Shown here piece after piece: positions 1-9,353 of a stretch of DNA of 64,000 nt. Location of the stretch: assembly GCA_963804645.1 (NCBI GenBank), contig CAWDRG010000009.1, forward strand, positions 416,001-480,000. The letters run 5' to 3'. The position numbers were made by a program, and so were the translations under genes. This DNA is from an uncultured Bacillota bacterium. Its GTDB lineage: Bacteria > Sysuimicrobiota > Sysuimicrobiia > Sysuimicrobiales > Segetimicrobiaceae. Positions within the stretch are counted from its first letter, which is position 1, and the number at the start of each line of letters is the position of its first letter. A model generated the notes under the pieces. That model saw only the letters and a list, made by a program, of their open reading frames with translations, was not told the origin of the DNA and ran no database searches.

Positions 1-2
1 TG

Positions 3-524
3 ACCGCCGCGTTCATCGAGAGCGACCTCTACGATCTGCCCGAGCGCCTCACCGGCACGTTCGACATCGTGTTCACGTCCCACGGGGTGCTGCCCTGGCT
101 GCCCGACCTCGACGCATGGGGGCGCGTCATCGCCCACTTTCTCCGCCCGGGGGGCACGTTCTGCATCATCGAGGGCCACCCGTTTGCGATGGTGTTCGAT
201 GATACCGCGCCCGCGGCAGAGCTGCGTCCGTCGGAACCGTACTTCCACGCGCCGGCGCCGATGCGGTCGGAGCGGCGCGGCTCGTACGCCGTCCCGGACG
301 CGCCGATGCACAGCGTCACGTACCAGTGGGCGCACTCGATCGCGGACATCCTGGGCGGGCTCCTGCGCGCGGGCCTGCGCATGGAGACGTTCGAGGAGTA
401 CCCCTACGTGGGGTGGGCGATGTTTCCCTGGATGGTCGAGCGGGCGGACGGGACCTGGGAGCTTCCGGACGGGGCGCGGGCCATTCCGCTGATGTTTTCG
501 CTCACCGCCTCGAAACCGCGATGA
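3..524 (+). CDS. class I SAM-dependent methyltransferase (5' truncated by window edge)
   Basis: Frame open from position 3: FIESDLYDLPERLTGTFDIVFTSHGVLPWLPDL...LRPGG motifs typical of class I methyltransferases; stop overlaps next ATG (ATGA 521-524). Confidence 0.8.
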   Translation, partial: TAAFIESDLYDLPERLTGTFDIVFTSHGVLPWLPDLDAWGRVIAHFLRPGGTFCIIEGHPFAMVFDDTAPAAELRPSEPYFHAPAPMRSERRGSYAVPDAPMHSVTYQWAHSIADILGGLLRAGLRMETFEEYPYVGWAMFPWMVERADGTWELPDGARAIPLMFSLTASKPR

Positions 525-1711
525 GCACCGCGTCGCGCGCCGTCGGCGGCGCGCCGCTCCCCGACCGGGCGCCCGCGCTGCGCATCGCGGACGGGACCGG
601 CGCGCACCGCGCCGTCGACGCCGTCGACGCCCGCGGGAGAGCGGCTCGGATCGCCTCCGTCGACGTGTTCCGCGGCCTCGTGATCGCCGGCATGCTCGTC
701 GTCAACAACCTGGTGTGGACGTCGAGCACGCCGCGGCAGCTGATGCACGCGCCGTGGGGCCAAGGAGTCACCTTCACCGATATGATCCTTCCCTGGTTCG
801 TCTTCATCCTCGGGGTCGCGATTCCGCTCAGCGCACGCGTCGATCGTTCGCGCCTCGCGCGCGCGCTGCGCGTGGCGCGCAGGGCGGTGCTGCTCGTGGT
901 GCTCGGCATCGCCATTGACACCGTGGAGTACCACGGGGTGACGGTGGGCATGGACGTGCTCCAGCTGCTGGGACTGTCGTATCTCGCGGCGGTGCTGCTC
1001 GCCCGCACGCCAGTCTGGACGCGCCTGGCCGTCGGCGCCGCGCTGCTCGCGGGGTACGGCGTCCTCCTCATGCGGGTCCCCGCGCCGGGCTACGCGCCCG
1101 GCGTGTTCGACGCCCGCCACAACATCGTGCAGTACCTGAACGATGCCTATCTCGTGCGCTACGATCTCGCGGGCGTGCTCGCGGTCGCTCCGGCGGCCGC
1201 GCTCGCGCTCCTCGGCACCGCCGCGGGCACGCTGCTGCGCGCCGCTGCCGTCTCGGAGCGGGTCAAGATCGCCGTGTTCGCGGCCGTGGGCGCAGCACTC
1301 ACGTATGCGGGGCTGTGGTGGGGACACGCGCTCCCGCTCAGCAAGGATCTGTGGACGCCCTCCTACACGGTGGCGGCGGGGGGGCTCGGCCTGCTGGGGC
1401 TCGCCGGCTGCCACCTGCTGTGCGGCAGCGCACGCCTCCGGCCGCTCGGGTTTCCGTTCGCGGTGCTGGGCGCGAACGCGATCGTCGGCTACGTCGCGTC
1501 CGCCGTGGTCGCGATCACGCTGATCGAGTACACGTGGCGTGATCCCTGGTCGCCCAACCGGATCCTGTCGCTGCACACGACCCTGCTCGATCCGCTCGGC
1601 CGCGCGGTGGGCACGGCCGCGGCGGGATGGCTCTATACCGCGGCGGTCGTCGTCTGGTGGTGGCTCGTCCTGTGGGTGCTCTACCGGAGGCGCGTATTTA
1701 TCCGCGTGTGA
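521..1711 (+). CDS. heparan-alpha-glucosaminide N-acetyltransferase-like (NagX/DUF5009) membrane acyltransferase
   Basis: RIASVDVFRG, MLVVN, HAPW.G.TFTD, PLSKDLWTPSY and LGANAI motifs; many TM segments; ATGA coupling at 521. Confidence 0.8.
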   Translation: MSTASRAVGGAPLPDRAPALRIADGTGAHRAVDAVDARGRAARIASVDVFRGLVIAGMLVVNNLVWTSSTPRQLMHAPWGQGVTFTDMILPWFVFILGVAIPLSARVDRSRLARALRVARRAVLLVVLGIAIDTVEYHGVTVGMDVLQLLGLSYLAAVLLARTPVWTRLAVGAALLAGYGVLLMRVPAPGYAPGVFDARHNIVQYLNDAYLVRYDLAGVLAVAPAAALALLGTAAGTLLRAAAVSERVKIAVFAAVGAALTYAGLWWGHALPLSKDLWTPSYTVAAGGLGLLGLAGCHLLCGSARLRPLGFPFAVLGANAIVGYVASAVVAITLIEYTWRDPWSPNRILSLHTTLLDPLGRAVGTAAAGWLYTAAVVVWWWLVLWVLYRRRVFIRV

Positions 1712-1720
1712 GCCCGCTCG

Positions 1721-2479
1721 TCAGGACGGCTTCCACGGCAGCGCGCGGTGCTCCAGCCAGTCGAGGCCCGCGGTGGCGACCCAGCCCAGGATCGCCGTCA
1801 CGAGCAGCCCCGCGAACATCGCGTTGATATCGAAGATCTGGTACGACCGCCAGATGAGATAGCCGATCCCGCTGGTCGAGCCCAGCAGCTCGGCGCCCAC
1901 GATCACGATCAGCGCAAAGCCCATCCCGAGCTTGAGCCCCGTGAAGATCTGCGGGAGCGCCCCGGGCAGCGCCACCGTGACGAACATCGACCACGCGCTG
2001 GCGCGGTACGCGCGCGCGATGCGGAAGTAGGCGGGATCGATCGCCAGCACCCCGGCCATCGTGCTCAGCAGCACGAGAAAGAAGATGCTCACGGCCACGA
2101 TGCCGATCTTGGACGCCTCCCCGATCCCCAGATAGAAGATGATCAGCGGGTACACCGCGATCTTCGGGATCGGGTACACCGCCGACACGAGCGGCATGAG
2201 CGCCGCCCGCACCGGCCGGCTCAGCCCCATCGTGAGACCGACCGCCACCGCGGGCACCGCGCCGAGCAAAAATCCGAAGACGATCCGCCGGACGCTCACG
2301 AACGTGTGGTAGGGGAGCTCGCCGGTGCGCGTCATCGCCGCCATCGTGTGCAGCACGGTCGTGGGCGCGGGAATGAATCGCGGATCGAGGACGCCGAAGC
2401 GGCAGCAGGCCTCCCAGATCGCCAGGAAGCCGAGCGGCGACAGCACCGCGAGTGCCCGGTCGGCCCCGCGCCCGCTCAC
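1721..2479 (-). CDS. NitT/TauT/SsuC-family ABC transporter permease
   Basis: PIPKIA, EAA-like loop (ARAYRAS...VALPGALP), AEL..STSGIGYLI; GTG at 2479 overlaps ATPase stop (GTGA). Confidence 0.9.
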   Translation of the reverse strand: MSGRGADRALAVLSPLGFLAIWEACCRFGVLDPRFIPAPTTVLHTMAAMTRTGELPYHTFVSVRRIVFGFLLGAVPAVAVGLTMGLSRPVRAALMPLVSAVYPIPKIAVYPLIIFYLGIGEASKIGIVAVSIFFLVLLSTMAGVLAIDPAYFRIARAYRASAWSMFVTVALPGALPQIFTGLKLGMGFALIVIVGAELLGSTSGIGYLIWRSYQIFDINAMFAGLLVTAILGWVATAGLDWLEHRALPWKPS

Positions 2480-3255
2480 GAGCGCGCCACATCGAGGGTG
2501 CCCTCGAGTTCGTCCCACAGACGGGCGGTCAGGGCGCCGTACACCGGCGTCTCGCGGATCTCGCGGTAGCCGCGCGGCCTCCCGAGCGGCACCGGCACCT
2601 CCGACTTGATCCGGCCGGGCCGGGCGGTCATCACGAGCACGCGGTCGGCCAGGCGCACCGCCTCGTCGAGCCCGTGCGTGACGAACAGGATGGTCTTGCG
2701 GCTCTCCTCCCACAAACGCAGCAGTTCATCCTGCAGGTGGAGGCGCGTCTGCTCGTCGAGGCTGCCGAACGGCTCGTCCATCAGCAGCACGTCCGGATCC
2801 GTCGCGAACGCGCGCGCGATGCTCACGCGCTGGCGCATGCCCTCCGAGAGCTGCGCGGGATACGCGTCGCGAAACGCACTCAGCCCGACGCGCGCCAGGT
2901 GGTGCTCGGCGCTCCGGCGGCATTCCGCAGGCGGCACGCCCTGGACGCGGAGTCCGTACGCGACATTCTGCAGCGCGGTCATCCACGGAAACGTGCTGAC
3001 GCCCTGAAACACGACCGCGGTCGCGAGCCGGCCGTGCCCGGCCTGCGGCATCGCCACGCTGCCCGAGGTCGGCGCGAGGAGCCCGGCGAGCACGTGCAGG
3101 AGCGTCGTCTTCCCGCACCCCGACGGGCCGATGACCGCGCAGAATTCCCCCGCCGGCACCGCGAACGAGACGTCCTCGAGCGCGGCCACGGGCCCGTGCG
3201 CTCCGCGATAGACCTGCGTAAGCCCGGAGACGTGAATCTCGGCGGGGCCGGTCAC
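2476..3255 (-). CDS. NitT/TauT-family ABC transporter ATP-binding protein
   Basis: Walker A GPSGCGKT, signature LSEGMRQR, Walker B LLMDEPF, H-loop FVTH. Confidence 0.93.
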   Translation of the reverse strand: MTGPAEIHVSGLTQVYRGAHGPVAALEDVSFAVPAGEFCAVIGPSGCGKTTLLHVLAGLLAPTSGSVAMPQAGHGRLATAVVFQGVSTFPWMTALQNVAYGLRVQGVPPAECRRSAEHHLARVGLSAFRDAYPAQLSEGMRQRVSIARAFATDPDVLLMDEPFGSLDEQTRLHLQDELLRLWEESRKTILFVTHGLDEAVRLADRVLVMTARPGRIKSEVPVPLGRPRGYREIRETPVYGALTARLWDELEGTLDVARS

Positions 3256-4280
3256 GCGGCCGGCGGCGAGAACGGCCCGACGATCTTGAGCGCCTGCTCC
3301 ACGAACGCGGTGCTGATGTACGCGGACGCCGGCAGCGGGTGATCGTACGTGAGCTCGCCGCGGTTCTTGAAGAACTCCTGCAGCCGCGCGAAGTCATTCG
3401 TGTTCATCTTGCCGTTCGGCTGGTGGTAGGGCGGCCGGGCCCGCTTCACGACGTCCGCGGGAACACCCGTGTACTTCTGCACGATCAGGGCGACGTCGTC
3501 CCGGCTGTAGCCGCCGCCGTACAGGTAGCGGCACGCCCGCAGCCACGCCGCCATGAAGCCCGCAGCCTCGCGGGGATGCGCGCGCATGAACGGGCCGCCG
3601 AAGTAGACCGCGGTGACCTGGACGTTGTCGATGAAGTCCTGGCTGAGGCGCACGATCTGCCCCCGATCCTCCGCGAGCGTGGTGAGCGGCTCCCCCAGCA
3701 TCGCGCCCGCGATCGCGCCGTTTGCCAGCGCCGCGGGCACGTCGGGAAAGTTCACCTCCACCAGCTGCACCTGGTCCATGGTGAGGCCGCCCTTCAGCAG
3801 CGCTGCGTTCAACCAGAACTCCGTCGCCGAGCCGATGGCGTTCACGGCCACCCGCTTCCCGCGGAGGTCGCGCACCGTCTGGTACTGACCCCGCTGGTAC
3901 GCGCCGCGGTCCACGACCAGCGGCGTGCTCACTGGGGGCCGCTCCGAGTGCGCGGGGCCGACGACCTTGAAATCCAGCTGGCGGTCGGCCGCGTTGAACA
4001 GCGCCGCGCCGAGCCCGCCGACCGCGGCCTCCGCGCGCCCGCTCGCCAGCACGGCGAACGTGGACGTCCCGCCGGGCGTCCCGATCAGCTGGGCCTCGAT
4101 GCCCTCGTCACGAAAATAGCCCCGCTCGATGGCCACGAACAGCGGCGCGAAGATCAGGACCGGCGTGTAGACGACGTTGATGCGCAGCGGCGGCGTCTGA
4201 CCGAGCGCCCGCGCTGGCGCCAGCAGCCCGCCGGCGGCGAGCCCGAGGGACGCTCCCAGGAATGCGCGGCGCGTCAGCAT
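3252..4280 (-). CDS. SsuA/THI5(NMT1)-like ABC substrate-binding protein with Tat signal
   Basis: MLTRRAFLG twin-arginine signal; PLFVAIERGYF.DEG and DLRGKRVA motifs; alternative GTG start at 4289. Confidence 0.88.
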   Translation of the reverse strand: MLTRRAFLGASLGLAAGGLLAPARALGQTPPLRINVVYTPVLIFAPLFVAIERGYFRDEGIEAQLIGTPGGTSTFAVLASGRAEAAVGGLGAALFNAADRQLDFKVVGPAHSERPPVSTPLVVDRGAYQRGQYQTVRDLRGKRVAVNAIGSATEFWLNAALLKGGLTMDQVQLVEVNFPDVPAALANGAIAGAMLGEPLTTLAEDRGQIVRLSQDFIDNVQVTAVYFGGPFMRAHPREAAGFMAAWLRACRYLYGGGYSRDDVALIVQKYTGVPADVVKRARPPYHQPNGKMNTNDFARLQEFFKNRGELTYDHPLPASAYISTAFVEQALKIVGPFSPPAA

Positions 4281-4285
4281 CGCCG

Positions 4286-4921
4286 TCACGCCTCCGTCCG
4301 ACGCCCGCGTCCGGCCGGCCGCCCCGGCGCGCGCTCGCCCGCGCCGATGCTGCGGAGCAGAAACGCGCGCAGCGGGGGGAGCTGATCTGCGAGACGGCCG
4401 TGTCCCGTCGCCAACCATTGGGTGATCACCTCGTTGAGAACGCCGAGCCACGCCCTCGCGGCCAGCGCCGTGTCTTGTTGCGGGATGGATCCCTCATCGG
4501 CGGCGTGATCCAGGTGACGCTGGATCAGCGCCGCGAACCGACGGTGCACGTCGAGGCGCTTCTGCTCGAAGTCGGGTCCGAGGCCGACGGCCTCCACGAG
4601 CAGGATCTTCACGAGCCCGCGCTGCGCGTCCGCGGTCTCGAGCACGACCCGCAGCGCCGCTTCGACCTTGGCGAGCGCGCCGCGCTCCTCCGCGATCGAT
4701 GCCTCGACGCCGCGCTCGACCAGCGCGCCGAGGATGTCCACGAGTGTGATGAAGATCGCTTGCTTGCTCGCGAAGTAATGATAGAACGCGCCCTTCGAAG
4801 TCTCGGACGCGGCCACGACGTCGTCGACGGACGCCGCGTGGTAGCCCTTCGACGCAAACACGTCCATCGCGGCCTGGATCAGGCGGTCGCGGGTCGGCGT
4901 TTCGGCTGTCGATCGCCCCAT
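4286..4921 (-). CDS. TetR/AcrR-family transcriptional regulator
   Basis: N-terminal HTH (AAMDVFASKGYHAASVDDVV...SKGAFYHYFASK); AGGAG SD. Confidence 0.93.
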   Translation of the reverse strand: MGRSTAETPTRDRLIQAAMDVFASKGYHAASVDDVVAASETSKGAFYHYFASKQAIFITLVDILGALVERGVEASIAEERGALAKVEAALRVVLETADAQRGLVKILLVEAVGLGPDFEQKRLDVHRRFAALIQRHLDHAADEGSIPQQDTALAARAWLGVLNEVITQWLATGHGRLADQLPPLRAFLLRSIGAGERAPGRPAGRGRRTEA

Positions 4922-4935
4922 CGTGTACTCCTATA

Positions 4936-4985
4936 TAGACCGACGCGTCGGTCTAAGTATAGACAGGGCCGGCTTCGGGTGTCAA
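4936..4985 (-). promoter_or_regulatory. sigma70-type promoter (TTGACA-N18-TATACT) followed by perfect 20-bp palindromic operator TAGACCGACGCGTCGGTCTA
   Basis: -35 at 4985-4980, -10 at 4961-4956, palindrome 4936-4955 over the expected start site of the tetR operon. Confidence 0.8.
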
Positions 4986-5139
4986 TCCAGTCGAGAAAGC
5001 GGGCCGCGTAAGCCCGCCCGGCCGCCTTCGTGTGGAGGGAAATGACCGCGAAAGCGGCAACCATGTCGGGGAGGGCCGCCGCCGCGCACCGTGGCAGGGC
5101 CGGCCCAAGATCCCCACCCACAGCGTGGAGGAACAACAC

Positions 5140-5994
5140 ATGTCGAGCGGTCAAGCGAGACCGCGTGCGCTCATCACCGGGGCGTCCGCCGGGATTGGAA
5201 CGGCGTACGCGGAGCGGCTGGCACGCGATGGGTACGACGTGGTGCTGGTCGCGCGCCGGCGCGAGCGGCTCGAGGAGCTAGCCGCGCGGCTGCAGCGCGA
5301 GACGGGCGGGCGTGCCGAGGTCCTCGCGGCCGATCTCACGGACGCGAAGGCGCTCGGGCGGGTGGAGGCGCGCGTCGCCGATGACGAGGCGCTGGCGCTC
5401 GTGGTCAACAACGCGGGCTTCGGCGCGTATCGTCCATTCGCCGAGGTCGAGCCGGCGGTAATCGACTCGCTCATCAACATCCACATCCGCGCGGTCGCGC
5501 GGCTGACCCGGGCCGCCCTGCCCGGCATGATCCGCCGCGGATCGGGCGGCATCATCAACGTCGCGTCCCTGCTCGCGCTCAGCGGATCGATCCCGGCAAA
5601 CCCGCAGCCGTTGCACGGCGCCGTGGCCCCGGCGCATCCACCGTTGCCGTACCGGGCCACCTACGCCGGCGCGAAGGCGTTCATAGTGGTCTTCACGGAG
5701 GCCCTCGCGGGCGAGTTGACCGGCACCGGGGTCCGCGTGCAGGCGTGCCTGCCCGGAATGGTGGCGACGGAGTTCCATACGGTGCAGGGAATGGACGCCA
5801 GCAACCGGCCGAGGATGGCGGCGGCGGACGTGGTCACGGCGTCGCTCGCCGCGCTCGCGCGGGGAGAAGTCGTCTGCGTCCCATCACTCGGCGATCCCGA
5901 ACCGATCGCGCGGCTCACCGAGGTGCAGCGGGAGGTGCTTCGGAGCGCGTTCACGCCGGTGCTCGCGCGACGCTACCAGCCCGGCAACACCTAG
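5140..5994 (+). CDS. short-chain dehydrogenase/reductase
   Basis: TGASAGIG, NNAG, YAGAK catalytic motif; GGAGG SD before ATG 5140. Confidence 0.92.
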   Translation: MSSGQARPRALITGASAGIGTAYAERLARDGYDVVLVARRRERLEELAARLQRETGGRAEVLAADLTDAKALGRVEARVADDEALALVVNNAGFGAYRPFAEVEPAVIDSLINIHIRAVARLTRAALPGMIRRGSGGIINVASLLALSGSIPANPQPLHGAVAPAHPPLPYRATYAGAKAFIVVFTEALAGELTGTGVRVQACLPGMVATEFHTVQGMDASNRPRMAAADVVTASLAALARGEVVCVPSLGDPEPIARLTEVQREVLRSAFTPVLARRYQPGNT

Positions 5995-6081
5995 CACGCG
6001 CGGGTGCGCAAGGATCTCGACGACGCAAGCGCCAATGCAGTTCACCATACCAAATCGATCTCATGAACGTCTGGAGGAATC

Positions 6082-6549
6082 ATGGACGCGCGAAGTCTGC
6101 TTCAGGAACAGCTGGCGGGAAGCCAGCAGATGATCAAGTACTCCCTCGGAGACATCTCGGACCAGGATGCGCGACGCATGCCGAATCCAACGCTGTCGCC
6201 CATCATCTGGCAGGTCGGCCACCTCGCCAACGTGAACGCCGCCTTCCTCGCGCGGGCAGGCGTGACGGCGAAAATACCCGACAACTACCCCGCGCTGTTC
6301 AAGGGCGGCTCCGGCGGACAGGCTGCGTATCCGCCGCTCGAGGAGGTCGTCCGGGTGCTGGACGACACGCACGGCGCGCTCATGGCCGCGGTCGCCGAGG
6401 CCGACCTTGAAGCCGCGAACGAGGGCCCGCGCGGCTTGTGGAAGAACCTCGGGGGCATGTTCGCGTTCGTGAACGCTCACCGCTGGTACCACGTGGGCAA
6501 GATCACGTCGCTGAGGGCGCTGCTCGAGAAGCCCAGATTGTTCGGATAG
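6082..6549 (+). CDS. DinB-family protein
   Basis: SPIIWQVGHLA and AHRWYHVGKI His motifs; GGAGG SD. Confidence 0.82.
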   Translation: MDARSLLQEQLAGSQQMIKYSLGDISDQDARRMPNPTLSPIIWQVGHLANVNAAFLARAGVTAKIPDNYPALFKGGSGGQAAYPPLEEVVRVLDDTHGALMAAVAEADLEAANEGPRGLWKNLGGMFAFVNAHRWYHVGKITSLRALLEKPRLFG

Positions 6550-6567
6550 ACTGCGCAGCGGGTCGGA

Positions 6568-6602
6568 GCGAAGGCCGCCGGGCGGTACCCGGCGGCCTTC
6601 GC
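6568..6602 (+). terminator. strong hairpin after dinB gene (probable terminator or mRNA-stability element)
   Basis: Perfect 15-bp stem GCGAAGGCCGCCGGG/CCCGGCGGCCTTCGC with 5-nt loop; no clear U-tract. Confidence 0.5.
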
Positions 6603-6604
6603 GC

Positions 6605-7288
6605 GTGTCTGCAGCCGGCCAAGGCAGGAGCCGAACCCGGCGGGCGCGTATCCTCCGGCGCGACTCGGAGGACACCCGCCTGAACGACCTCGCATTCCGC
6701 ATCATCCGCGCGCCTGTGCGCGCCCTCGCCTGGGCGCTGTTCGGGGTGTCCACGCACGGGTTCGAACGCATTCCCCGGGGGGCAGCCGTGATCGTCGCCA
6801 ACCACGCCAGCTGGCTGGACCCGATCATTCTCCCGCTCGTCATGCCGCGCAAACCGGCGGTGCTCGCGATGGCGGAACTGTGGCGCATGCCGGGCGTCGG
6901 CCTGGTGATGCGCGCGTATGGTCGGCTCGCCATCCCGCTCCGGCGGGCGGGCGTCGACACGCGGGCACTCAAGCGCGCGCTCGCGGTGCTCCGCGAAGGC
7001 AGATTGCTGATCGTGTTCCCCGAAGGCGCCATCAGCCCCGACGGAACGCTGCGCCCATTTCAGCGAGGGGCCGCGCTGCTGGCCGCGCGCGGGACCGCGC
7101 CGCTCCTCCCGGTCGCGCTCCTGGGCACGCGCGATGCCCTGCCGCTCGATCGCGTCCTCCCACGCCGCCAGCGGATCACGGTGCGCGTCGGCACGCCCAT
7201 TCCCGTCACCGGCACCGCGCCCGAGGAGCTCGACCGCGCCACCGAGGAGGCCGCCGCGCAGATCCGCGCACTGCTCGCGGCGGGCTGA
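6605..7288 (+). CDS. 1-acyl-sn-glycerol-3-phosphate acyltransferase (PlsC-like)
   Basis: NHASWLD (HX4D) and VFPEG motifs; start codon uncertain. Confidence 0.85.
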   Translation: MSAAGQGRSRTRRARILRRDSEDTRLNDLAFRIIRAPVRALAWALFGVSTHGFERIPRGAAVIVANHASWLDPIILPLVMPRKPAVLAMAELWRMPGVGLVMRAYGRLAIPLRRAGVDTRALKRALAVLREGRLLIVFPEGAISPDGTLRPFQRGAALLAARGTAPLLPVALLGTRDALPLDRVLPRRQRITVRVGTPIPVTGTAPEELDRATEEAAAQIRALLAAG

Positions 7289-7349
7289 GCCGAGATCGAC
7301 ATCGGAGGCCGTGTGGAGGGCGCCGCGCGCGATCCCCTCGACCTGAGGC

Positions 7350-8651
7350 TCACCAGCGGAGCCGGCCGCACGAATCGTCCGGCCGCCACTCGATGCGGCA
7401 GCCTGGAGAAAGGCGTGCCACGCGCTCGATGATCGCGCGCCCCGCCGCGCCGTCGGCCCACACGGGCTCGCCTCGCTGCGGCCGCGGGCGCCCGTACCCC
7501 AGCGTCACGGGATAGAGCGAGATCGTCTCCAGCGTCCGGCCGTTGAACCGGCACTCCGGCACGACGGCTTCCCAGAATCTCGCATCGGCCGCAAACCCGC
7601 CGCGCGCGCCGCGCGCGTCGAACAGATCCGCGGGGGTCGCGGTGGCCGGCAGGCCGAGCCGCTCGTAGAAGTCGGCCGGCTGGCGCTGGAGAATCTCGTT
7701 CAGGAAGATGAAGTTACCGAGGCTGTAAAAGATCGGCTTCCCCTCGTACACCTCGATCCCGCGCAGCACGTGCGGCCCGTGGCCGAGCACGGCGTCGGCG
7801 CCCGCGTCCACGGCCGCGCGGCAGAACGTGCGCACGAATTCGGCCGGCTGCTCTTCGTCCGCCCCCGCCGCCTCGTGCGCGTGCACGCTGACGAACACCC
7901 AGTCGGCCTGACGGCGCGCATCGCGGATCCACTGGAGGTTGCCGTCAAGATCGGCCTCGTGCGGCGCCGTGTTGACGGCCCACGGCGCCCCGACCCGGAA
8001 CTTGTGGTCGAACAGGGTGGTGATTCCCTCGGGATCCGGCCGCTGGAACCCGAGCTGGATCGAACGGGCGCGCGCGGCGCCGAGCGCCAGCTTGTCGTAG
8101 ACGCCCGAGAGCGCCGAGAGCGTCGCGGCGTCGACGGTCGCCGTGGTGACGTACCGCAGCGGATTGATCCCCGGACGCCCCTGGCAGTCCGGCCGCTGCT
8201 CGCCGGCGGGCGCATGCGGCGGAAACGTACTGGTCACCGAGATCAGCGCCACACGGCCCGTCGGCACCTCGAGATACCCCGGGCACCGCGCTTCGGCCAG
8301 ATGGCGGCCGATCCCGGAGTAGACCACGCCGGCGCGATCCAGCGTGTCCATCGTGCCGAGCAGCCCGCCGTCGCCCCAGTCCGCCATGTGGTTGTTGGCG
8401 GCCGAATAGAGGTTGAAGCCCATCGCCTTGAGGTCGTCGATGATCCGCGGGGTGCCGACGACGTAGGTGCCGCCGCTCGCGGCCTGCGGGCTGCCGAGAT
8501 AATCGTGCAGCGTGCCCTCCAGGTTGATGAAGCGAACATCAGCGGACCGCACCAGCGCCACGAGCGCGTGGTATGCGGGGTCGCGGGAGGCGCCGACGCG
8601 CCTCGTCACCAGAGCGTCGCCTGCGGCGATGAGGATCAAGGGCTGCGCCAC
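7350..8651 (-). CDS. CapA-family (PGA_cap) metallophosphoesterase-fold protein
   Basis: AGD, NLE, ANNH, VHAHE, GHGPH, YSLGNF motifs; GTG start at 8651. Confidence 0.88.
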   Translation of the reverse strand: MAQPLILIAAGDALVTRRVGASRDPAYHALVALVRSADVRFINLEGTLHDYLGSPQAASGGTYVVGTPRIIDDLKAMGFNLYSAANNHMADWGDGGLLGTMDTLDRAGVVYSGIGRHLAEARCPGYLEVPTGRVALISVTSTFPPHAPAGEQRPDCQGRPGINPLRYVTTATVDAATLSALSGVYDKLALGAARARSIQLGFQRPDPEGITTLFDHKFRVGAPWAVNTAPHEADLDGNLQWIRDARRQADWVFVSVHAHEAAGADEEQPAEFVRTFCRAAVDAGADAVLGHGPHVLRGIEVYEGKPIFYSLGNFIFLNEILQRQPADFYERLGLPATATPADLFDARGARGGFAADARFWEAVVPECRFNGRTLETISLYPVTLGYGRPRPQRGEPVWADGAAGRAIIERVARLSPGCRIEWRPDDSCGRLRW

Positions 8652-8726
8652 GCGAGGGTCCTTTCGAACAAGAGATGCGTGGCTATTCTTCCGCCGAGAC
8701 GGCAACTCCTCGCGGGCGCGACAGGG

Positions 8727-9323
8727 TTACCGGTCTGCCCGAAGCCAGCCCTCGAGCCGGGCCCGCACGGCCGGCCACTCTTCAAGCAGAATGCTGTAGT
8801 AGACGGAATCCCGGAGATACCCGTCAGGCATGATCCGGTGATGGCGGAGCACACCCTCGCGCACCGCGCCTAGCCGCTCGATCGCCCGCTGGGATCGCGT
8901 GTTCCGGGCGTCGGTCTTCAGCTGGACCCGAATCATCTGCAGCGTTTCGAAGCAGTGCCGGGTCAGGAGATACTTGCATTCCGTGTTGATCGGCGTCTGC
9001 CAGACGGCGGGCTCGAGCCAGGTCCATCCGATCTCGATGTTGCGGTGGGCCGCCGTGATGTCCAAGAACCGCGTGCTTCCGACGATCCGGCCCGAGCGGC
9101 GCTCGCGGATGACGAACGGCAGTTCCGCCCCTTGGTCACGCGCCCGCAGCGCGTCCCGAATCAGCCGTGCCATGTCGTCGCGGCCGCTGATCTGCATCGG
9201 CATGTACGGCCAGATCTCCGGGCTCCGGCCGGCGTCGATCAGCCCGTCGAGATGGGCTTCCTCCATCGGCACCAGCGCGACGTGCTCGCCGACCAGTTCC
9301 ACGGGCTCCACGACCACGGCCAT
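8727..9323 (-). CDS. GNAT (RimJ/RimL-like) N-acetyltransferase
   Basis: GSTRF, EIGWTW, KTDARN.RSQRAIERLGAVREG..R motifs. Confidence 0.88.
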   Translation of the reverse strand: MAVVVEPVELVGEHVALVPMEEAHLDGLIDAGRSPEIWPYMPMQISGRDDMARLIRDALRARDQGAELPFVIRERRSGRIVGSTRFLDITAAHRNIEIGWTWLEPAVWQTPINTECKYLLTRHCFETLQMIRVQLKTDARNTRSQRAIERLGAVREGVLRHHRIMPDGYLRDSVYYSILLEEWPAVRARLEGWLRADR

Positions 9324-9353
9324 GCGCGCTCCCCCTTTTTGGCGAGACCCGGC

